From positions 2 to 64,001 of the IMG/VR virus record IMGVR_UViG_3300043410_001300: 64,000 nucleotides of DNA; one strand, given 5' to 3'. The notes under the pieces are model-generated. The model searched no databases, was not told the origin of the DNA, and saw only the letters and a program-made list of their open reading frames with translations. Source of the DNA: a virus (lineage: Duplodnaviria > Caudoviricetes). This document shows, piece after piece, positions 57,699 to 64,000 of the stretch. A program made the translations under genes and the position numbers. Positions within the stretch are counted from its first letter, which is position 1, and each line of letters starts with the position of its first letter.

Positions 57699-58983
57699 AA
57701 AAATCCTTTAGTTCAGGGAACGTCTCTACTAGATTTAATCCTCTTAGTGAATCAAAGTTACTGAACCAATCATAGAATTCTCTTTGTAAATTAATGTCTG
57801 GAATATTGTCTTCTAGCTGTCTACGTATGCTTTTTAAGAACTTTATGTATACAGGATGTTGCACTGGGCTATTCTCTAACACGATAATAGCATCGTTTAC
57901 GTATCTACTGAATTCTGAAGGTAATACGAACACACTATGACAAGCAGGACTCTTAATCATATGAGGATTCATCGAGACTTTTACTGAATATCTTTCTTCG
58001 AGTTCGACTATCCAGTTGGAGAACTTACTTAGTTTTGGAATACTTAGTACATTAATAGTTGGATTAAATGATAATGTCATATTATCATTGATAGATGCTA
58101 TCTTAAATAACTCCTCTACATTATTATTGAATCTATCCCAATCTAATCCATTTCTTATGTATTCTGCTTGTATATCAGTAGATTCCATACTTATAGTAAT
58201 ACAAAACTTAAATCTATCAGTTAGCCTAGGCAATAATTCAATTAATTTATTGAAGTATTTTTCCCTTGCGTTTAAGTTAGTAACGACTGCCACACCGAGT
58301 TTACTATCACATTCTCTTACTTCTGATAATTTTTCTAACATGTCATAAAACTCTGGTATAATCAATGGCTCACCACCAGAAATTCTGATATCAGTGAGAC
58401 TTCTCCCTTCATCCGAACTGATCCACTCCCACAACAGAGATGTGAACTCGTTGGTTGGTAAAGCAGTTACTTCTCGATATTCTTCTATTGATATGGTTTT
58501 ATTTTTTAACGCCTCACTGGCCCATTGAGTGCTGTATCTAGGAGAGCAATACATACATTTTAAATCACACGTAGCATCTAATGTCACTTCTAGTACCACT
58601 GATGATTTGCTTACTAGTAAATCGCTATTAATGTCAATATCTTCGCTCCAGTTATCGAGTAGGTATTTTTTAGTTTTAGCATATCTATCATTTATTTTTG
58701 AGTGAGATTGGCGAGGACTCTCAATATTTTTATCTTCTAAATCCCAACAGAATTTACAATCACTATGGCGAATGCCTTTGAGCATCTCCAATCGTCTTTC
58801 TTTATAATAATCATTATTTGTTAAACAGCTGGACCCATATTTTTCTATATCTTCCGGTGTAAATTTGTAAAAAGAAGTGAGACAACACATCTTTCCTTCT
58901 CCTCTACTCATATTGATATATGGGAAATCCCATCTTTGGGGACAAATAGCGTTTTCTACCTCAATCGGTATTACTTTTTTCAT
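57664..58983 (-). CDS. Radical SAM protein (paralog of 44493-45857)
   Basis: CDLKCMYC, SGGEPLI, N-terminal C..MCC...CKFCW, AEYIRNGLDW; start set at MKKVIP. Confidence 0.85.
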   Translation of the reverse strand: MKKVIPIEVENAICPQRWDFPYINMSRGEGKMCCLTSFYKFTPEDIEKYGSSCLTNNDYYKERRLEMLKGIRHSDCKFCWDLEDKNIESPRQSHSKINDRYAKTKKYLLDNWSEDIDINSDLLVSKSSVVLEVTLDATCDLKCMYCSPRYSTQWASEALKNKTISIEEYREVTALPTNEFTSLLWEWISSDEGRSLTDIRISGGEPLIIPEFYDMLEKLSEVRECDSKLGVAVVTNLNAREKYFNKLIELLPRLTDRFKFCITISMESTDIQAEYIRNGLDWDRFNNNVEELFKIASINDNMTLSFNPTINVLSIPKLSKFSNWIVELEERYSVKVSMNPHMIKSPACHSVFVLPSEFSRYVNDAIIVLENSPVQHPVYIKFLKSIRRQLEDNIPDINLQREFYDWFSNFDSLRGLNLVETFPELKDFYEYCKNIPKSQ

Positions 58984-59885
58984 TAGTATGCTTTCGGGAT
59001 AATTTGACAACCAGCGCTGACGCGACCTCTGTATATATACCACTCATTTCTCATGTACACACAATCGCCAGTTAGTAGAGAACCATCTTGTACACAGTCA
59101 CCTAGTAATGCCAATTGTGAGCCAATCAAAGCAGTACGACACCATGCTTTAGTGCCAAGTGGTACACCATACTTAAAGATAGACAAGTCATCGCCTAGTT
59201 TGAAGCGATGATTAATGATAATCGGCCCTGCCTCAGTAAGTCCGTAGTTGAGAATGAAATCACAGTCAAGATGGGTAAAATATCTAACATCGTCGGCACT
59301 AATACAATCACTGCCACACATTACGGTTTTTAGAGTAGGAGCACCCTTACGCTCAACCTTCCTTAACACCTCAATCATACGAGGCACCACGTGAGTTATA
59401 GTGGCGCCAATCTCATTGATACGATTGAAGAATGTAAACGCATTAAATGGTTCAACGACCACATGGGCACCTGCTAATAAGGCAGGTAGTGACTGAGCAT
59501 TGATGCCACCAGTATGACGCATGGAGCATACAGTATACACTACATCTTTCGCAGTGATGCCATTACATTCGATAGCATTGTCAGCATTTGATAGCAACAT
59601 GACTTCTGTCAGAACAATTGGTTTACGAGTGCCGCTGCTGCCACTTGACCACAGTACTAGAGAGAATTCATCTACAGAATTGTCAAACGGTACGATATCA
59701 TTCACATTTAACGGCGGAACGACCACGGTAGTCTTCATGCGACTAGCTCGTAATATATCAATTAACACACTATCGCCGCCACTATCCGATTCCACAAGCG
59801 CCAGCAACTCTCCATACGACAGATTGTTGAGTGCGGAACGATGAGCATATTTTTCAGCCACATCTTTGAACCTATTAAATAACAT
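58983..59885 (-). CDS. Compact AMP-binding (acyl-CoA synthetase/ANL) enzyme lacking the C-terminal subdomain
   Basis: SSGSSGTRK P-loop, YGLTEAGP, TGD, GR, then ends after ~12 aa; TAAATA 5 nt before the ATG. Confidence 0.75.
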   Translation of the reverse strand: MLFNRFKDVAEKYAHRSALNNLSYGELLALVESDSGGDSVLIDILRASRMKTTVVVPPLNVNDIVPFDNSVDEFSLVLWSSGSSGTRKPIVLTEVMLLSNADNAIECNGITAKDVVYTVCSMRHTGGINAQSLPALLAGAHVVVEPFNAFTFFNRINEIGATITHVVPRMIEVLRKVERKGAPTLKTVMCGSDCISADDVRYFTHLDCDFILNYGLTEAGPIIINHRFKLGDDLSIFKYGVPLGTKAWCRTALIGSQLALLGDCVQDGSLLTGDCVYMRNEWYIYRGRVSAGCQIIPKAY

Positions 59886-59926
59886 ACTGATATTTACTAT
59901 CAGTCCTCATATCATACAAATAAACA

Positions 59927-60577
59927 ATGAAGACGATAACTGTAGCAGGAATTAATATAGATATTCACGATGGGCCAATTGCTATTAGCGCAAGTGGTGG
60001 AGCAGATAGTTCGGTATTACTATACTTACTTTTGAAATATGCCACTGATACCGTGCATGTACTTTCATGCGCGGACGATCAATTACCGAATAGAGTCGCT
60101 CCAAAAATATGCACAGATGTGATACAGACATGTATTGCTCTTACGGGTAATCGAAATGTCAAACAACACACATTCTTTATTGAACAAAAAACTTATGAGA
60201 CTTGGTTATCTCCAGTAAGAAAACTTACTAATGAAGTAGGGGCGAATATACTGTATACCGGTATAACTTTATTCCCGGATGATGAAGTTTTAGAAACATT
60301 CTCACAGTACGGTGATGATTATCCTCGTCTCAAAGAAGCACAGAGTTATAGAGATCCTAAGAAAGCACATCAATTTTATTTCAACAATAATAAATTTTAT
60401 ACACCATTAAGTAATGCTAATAAAAAGAAAATATCTGAAATGTATGAGGAACTTGACATACTTGATACTCTTTATCCAGTGACTAGAAGTTGCGAAAGTT
60501 CTACATTAACGGAAGGACATTGCGGTAAATGCTGGTGGTGTGACGAGAGAATGTGGGCATTTGGAAGATTGGAATGA
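59927..60577 (+). CDS. QueC-like PP-loop ATPase (copy 1)
   Basis: SGGADS PP-loop; TRSC...HCGKCWWCDER Zn motif. Confidence 0.75.
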   Translation: MKTITVAGINIDIHDGPIAISASGGADSSVLLYLLLKYATDTVHVLSCADDQLPNRVAPKICTDVIQTCIALTGNRNVKQHTFFIEQKTYETWLSPVRKLTNEVGANILYTGITLFPDDEVLETFSQYGDDYPRLKEAQSYRDPKKAHQFYFNNNKFYTPLSNANKKKISEMYEELDILDTLYPVTRSCESSTLTEGHCGKCWWCDERMWAFGRLE

Positions 60578-61251
60578 TGGATATTTTCTTTATAAGCTAT
60601 CGAGAAGCAAATGCGGAAACTAACTGGCAACGATTATTAGCCAAGCATTCACATGCCAAGCGCATTCACGGTATCACTGGTATCGACCGTATACACTTAG
60701 CATGTAACTCACTAGCGACTACCCCTTTCTTTTGGACAGTGGATGGTGACAACTTGATAGTAGAAGACCTGGAGTACAATGAACCAATCACTACTGATCT
60801 AGTGATGTTTAAAGCATATGATCCACTTATTACAGGTGATACTAGTAGTCTTGGCGCAGTTAAACTATGGCGTAAAGATAGCTTTATCAATACAGATATG
60901 AGTAAGGGAGACTTTACACTTAATGCCACCCGATCAAAAACCATGAGTGATAGATGTTATTCAGTATCGGCATACAATGCTAGCGAGTTCGATACCTGGC
61001 GCGCCGCATTCCGTCATTGTGTTAAGTTACTTAGTATGATACTCAGAGATAGAAGCAAAGACAACCGAGAGGTGTATCTCGACAGATGGCGTAAGACTGA
61101 GACTAGTACTGGTAAGTATGCTAAATGGGCCTATCAGGGCTACTTAGATGCGATAGAGTTCGTTCACTTATATGATAATAACATGACCGAGCTTAATAAA
61201 ATCAATGACTATGATTGGTTAGATAACTACTTCACGGAGCTGCATGGATGA
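60574..61251 (+). CDS. Glycosyltransferase-like protein (DGD / WRxxFR family, copy 3)
   Basis: DIFFISYRE...RIHGITG..H...FWTVDGDN...TWRAAFRHCVKL. Confidence 0.55.
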   Translation: MMDIFFISYREANAETNWQRLLAKHSHAKRIHGITGIDRIHLACNSLATTPFFWTVDGDNLIVEDLEYNEPITTDLVMFKAYDPLITGDTSSLGAVKLWRKDSFINTDMSKGDFTLNATRSKTMSDRCYSVSAYNASEFDTWRAAFRHCVKLLSMILRDRSKDNREVYLDRWRKTETSTGKYAKWAYQGYLDAIEFVHLYDNNMTELNKINDYDWLDNYFTELHG

Positions 61252-61853
61252 TTTACACTAGTGAACTGGATGGCAAGCAAATAGAGATTACTATTGACAA
61301 AAATATCAAGTATGGTATCATGCTTAGTGGTGGTCTAGATAGCGCGGTGTTATTGTATCTACTATACATCAACGGTGCCACGAACATACAACCGTATACG
61401 ATTGATAAAGCAGATGGGTCATCCATGTATGCGAGCCGAGTCGTTGAGCACCTTAACAGAAAGTTTGGTATTAGGTTGCCACTACCTATTCTAGTGGGAG
61501 ATCCATCAGTTCATCATAGTCTTCAAAGTAGAACAGCTCTTACTGACATCTTCACCAATTATTCAGTTGATCTATTATTCAACGCTCTTAACAAGAACCC
61601 TGATGAGATGAATGAACTACCAGGCGCACCTAAAAGAGCGACATCAGCGCCTCCCAAGGTAGTATTACCATTCGTTGACTTGTACAAAACACACATCATT
61701 GAATTGATGTATGAACTAGGACAAGAAGACTTACTGAATGTAACGCACTCTTGTACGGAGCAATCAATAGGCAGATGCGGCGAATGCTGGCAGTGTCAAG
61801 AAAGAGCATGGGCATTCAAGCAATTAAGTAAACAGGACACAGGCACACAATGA
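61248..61853 (+). CDS. QueC-like PP-loop ATPase (copy 2)
   Basis: SGGLDS; THSC...RCGECWQCQERAWAF. Confidence 0.75.
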   Translation: MIYTSELDGKQIEITIDKNIKYGIMLSGGLDSAVLLYLLYINGATNIQPYTIDKADGSSMYASRVVEHLNRKFGIRLPLPILVGDPSVHHSLQSRTALTDIFTNYSVDLLFNALNKNPDEMNELPGAPKRATSAPPKVVLPFVDLYKTHIIELMYELGQEDLLNVTHSCTEQSIGRCGECWQCQERAWAFKQLSKQDTGTQ

Positions 61854-62551
61854 CAACAAGAATACCGCCAGGTGTGAGTGGAAGACCAGCACACTACGAC
61901 CCATCTAATGTAACACTAGAAACAGTATCAAATGAATTGGTCCTTAGTAATCTTGGCGACTTCGAGCCACTCAACATTAAGATCGATACTTCACAGACAA
62001 TGAGAGAGCTAGCACAATTCGACGGTGATTGGGTAGACTACTTACCGCGGACTGATAGACCTAATAATCGCAGAGCACTTACTCTAACACAACTAGAGGG
62101 TAAGACGCATACATCACCACCTAGCTTAGCAGAAGCAAGTCATCTTGCTGGTAGAAGATTGAGTGAGTTAGAATTTAGCCATCGTACAGAGGTCTACAAT
62201 AAGTGTGGTAGTTTACACCACTTCTTAAATCAGTGGCAGCCACTTGGTCGCACATTCATTGTACAGAGTAACATCGGTGGTTACTTTGTGCCACATAGAG
62301 ATCACCCGTCGATGCCTCGTGATGTGTTTAGATTGATTGTGTTCTTAAACAATGTCGGACCATATGATTACGATTGGCTGATGGGTGATCGAAAGATTAA
62401 CATCGAGCTAGGTAGAGTTTACTACGTGAACACTAGGCGAGAGCATAGAACGATTAGTTGGGTTAACAACAGTCTTCACTTGATACTCAACATCCCATTC
62501 AATACACAGAATGTAGCACGGGTAGTTGCTAATCTACAACACACTCATTGA
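61850..62551 (+). CDS. Fe(II)/2OG dioxygenase-like protein
   Basis: GGYFVPHRD...FRLIVF...NTRREH...HLILN. Confidence 0.7.
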   Translation: MTTRIPPGVSGRPAHYDPSNVTLETVSNELVLSNLGDFEPLNIKIDTSQTMRELAQFDGDWVDYLPRTDRPNNRRALTLTQLEGKTHTSPPSLAEASHLAGRRLSELEFSHRTEVYNKCGSLHHFLNQWQPLGRTFIVQSNIGGYFVPHRDHPSMPRDVFRLIVFLNNVGPYDYDWLMGDRKINIELGRVYYVNTRREHRTISWVNNSLHLILNIPFNTQNVARVVANLQHTH

Positions 62552-63106
62552 TTCGAAGAATTCAACTGCTTCTTCGAAGCTACAATTAAATCCCCAACTA
62601 AGTGATACTCTAAACTTAGATTGATGATTGTCCACTCGATGAGGAATACTAGTATTGAACACAAGTGGCTGAGTCATATTAAAGCTGAACAATTCACCCA
62701 CTTCATCTATCTCATCAAATGTTCTCCTAGCATCAAATCTCTTATCACTATTGCTGTTACGATAAAATGATGTAACAGATGTGTTGGTATTCCTAATAGG
62801 TATGTTCAAAGCTGCTAATCGATTACTATCAATGTGGGTTGGTACAATCTCCCACGGATTGAAAATGTAAAGGTTGTAAATATCTCCCAAGATAGGAATA
62901 CGCTTTTGAACATTGATCAGATAAGTATGATCGGTAACAGGTCGCTGATATCTTAGTAACCCATCTGCGCGAGATTTAAAAGTAGCATCTCTTAAATACA
63001 ACAAATCAACATCAGGATCGTACTCGTGTCCATCTAAGTGGAATGCTATTCGTTGTAATTCATTTAAATCTAAATCAATCCGAGGATAATAAATGTAGGG
63101 TATCAT
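62534..63106 (-). CDS. Fe(II)/2OG dioxygenase-like protein
   Basis: PTHID...ALNIP...FNTSIPHRVDN...RVSLS. Confidence 0.7.
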   Translation of the reverse strand: MIPYIYYPRIDLDLNELQRIAFHLDGHEYDPDVDLLYLRDATFKSRADGLLRYQRPVTDHTYLINVQKRIPILGDIYNLYIFNPWEIVPTHIDSNRLAALNIPIRNTNTSVTSFYRNSNSDKRFDARRTFDEIDEVGELFSFNMTQPLVFNTSIPHRVDNHQSKFRVSLSWGFNCSFEEAVEFFESMSVL

Positions 63107-63798
63107 AGCTTCTCCGTGAAGATACTAAGACCAATTTTAGACTTGATACTATTCAATCTAAAATCACTAGCACAATGTAATCTAACGGTATCAAACACAG
63201 TGATACTGCCCAATGTTTGTTTAAACGCACTATTAAAACTTAATCCATCTAGCCAAGTAGGATTCATCTTAGGAAAGTATCTCTCTTTAATATCAATAGG
63301 GAATGGCTCGTTGGATAGATTCTTAACATCACTGTAATCGTATACTGATAGATTGTAGAATGATTTAATATTACTACTGCCGTTAAAGAATTTACTAGGA
63401 CCATCTAAGTAATATTGGTTAAAGAAGCACAACTCTGGCACATCATCACTGCCCTCAAACTGGAGAGGAATGTTGACACCCTTGTAACATACAGGCCAAC
63501 TAAACGAGTCGTCGTTGTGAATGATATGAGGTCTGTCAGTCTTAAAGAATAGCGCACTCCATACTCGAAATGGCCCAATTACATCTACTAATCTCTCTAA
63601 GATAGACTTGAAGGGGTCATAGGCCAACTCCTCTTGTGTGACATCAACTGTTATCGGCCCCGTATGTTTATGAATCTTACTACTAGCATTAAAGAACTCA
63701 ATGAGTTCTACCCGTTCATCTTCTGTAATAAAGTCCTGAATTTGAAATGGATCATTAATGTAACTCTCGATGATATCTTTGTCTTCTTGGCTTCTCAT
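63103..63798 (-). CDS. Fe(II)/2OG dioxygenase-like protein
   Basis: IHND...VNIPL...FDTVRLHC...K.GLSIF; TAAATA 5 nt before the ATG. Confidence 0.65.
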   Translation of the reverse strand: MRSQEDKDIIESYINDPFQIQDFITEDERVELIEFFNASSKIHKHTGPITVDVTQEELAYDPFKSILERLVDVIGPFRVWSALFFKTDRPHIIHNDDSFSWPVCYKGVNIPLQFEGSDDVPELCFFNQYYLDGPSKFFNGSSNIKSFYNLSVYDYSDVKNLSNEPFPIDIKERYFPKMNPTWLDGLSFNSAFKQTLGSITVFDTVRLHCASDFRLNSIKSKIGLSIFTEKL

Positions 63799-63824
63799 GT
63801 GGATATTTAGTAATCCAAAAAGTA

Positions 63825-63852
63825 TTGACAGTAATATCTAATCTGCTATACT
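63825..63852 (+). promoter_or_regulatory. sigma70-type promoter
   Basis: TTGACA (63825-63830), N16 ending in TGC, TATACT (63847-63852). Confidence 0.65.
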
Positions 63853-63891
63853 AGTTGTAATGTCATATGACAGATAACAAAAGGAAACACA

Positions 63892-64000
63892 ATGAAGAAA
63901 ATTCTAGCAATCGCGGCCTTAGCCGTAACATCCCAAGCGTTTGCCGCAGACTATGTATCAGTATCAGTTGAGAACGTACAAGGTCGCAAGGGCGCTCAAG
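63892..64000 (+). CDS. Secreted/outer-membrane protein with Sec signal peptide (partial)
   Basis: MKKILAIAALAVTSQAFA|ADYVSVSVENVQGRKGAQ; AAGGA RBS; AxA cleavage site followed by an amphipathic beta strand. Confidence 0.7.
   Translation, partial: MKKILAIAALAVTSQAFAADYVSVSVENVQGRKGAQ

Noticed and set aside
59927-61853. QueC-containing anti-phage defence system (QatABCD-like)
   Set aside because: No KAP ATPase or TatD partner; the proteins are short and sit in a phage late biosynthetic context
270-63337. Many short ORFs in the track that overlap long genes (e.g. 270-617, 10294-10710, 36510-36791, 58016-58348)
   Set aside because: They are antisense or out-of-frame shadows of well-supported genes, with no motifs or RBS
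1-64000. Stop-codon reassignment, as seen in some large phages
   Set aside because: Genes tile the window densely in the standard code, including an 18.6-kb ORF; TAA and TGA both end coupled genes

Overview
This window is a gene-dense piece of a large, T4-related contractile-tailed (probably jumbo) bacteriophage genome in the standard genetic code. It has three parts. (1) 1-4368 is a minus-strand recombination/late-transcription block: gp55-like late sigma, gp47/Mre11, gp46/Rad50 and an Hjc-type resolvase. (2) 4498-41274 is a plus-strand baseplate/tail operon: tube initiator, gp53-, gp27-, gp5-, gp25- and gp6-like proteins, a 6212-aa giant wedge/adhesin, two fibres with C-terminal autocleaving chaperone domains and a paralogous virion protein pair. 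(3) 41322-63798 is a ~22 kb island of about 30 biosynthetic/tailoring enzymes: glycosyltransferase-like families, SGNH proteins, two radical SAM enzymes, a nucleotidyltransferase, a cupin, a form IV RuBisCO-like protein, a kinase, an O-carbamoyltransferase, a methyltransferase, four Fe/2OG oxygenases, an adenylation enzyme and two QueC-like ATPases. The island's transcription units begin with the same TAAATA late-promoter box as the structural genes, often only 4-5 nt before the ATG (apparently leaderless). This points to a late-expressed pathway, possibly for glycosylating or decorating the virion. A sharp C-rich to G/T-rich strand switch is centred on an inverted repeat at ~51310 (candidate origin or acquired block). 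All functional calls come from motif recognition by eye; no database search was run.
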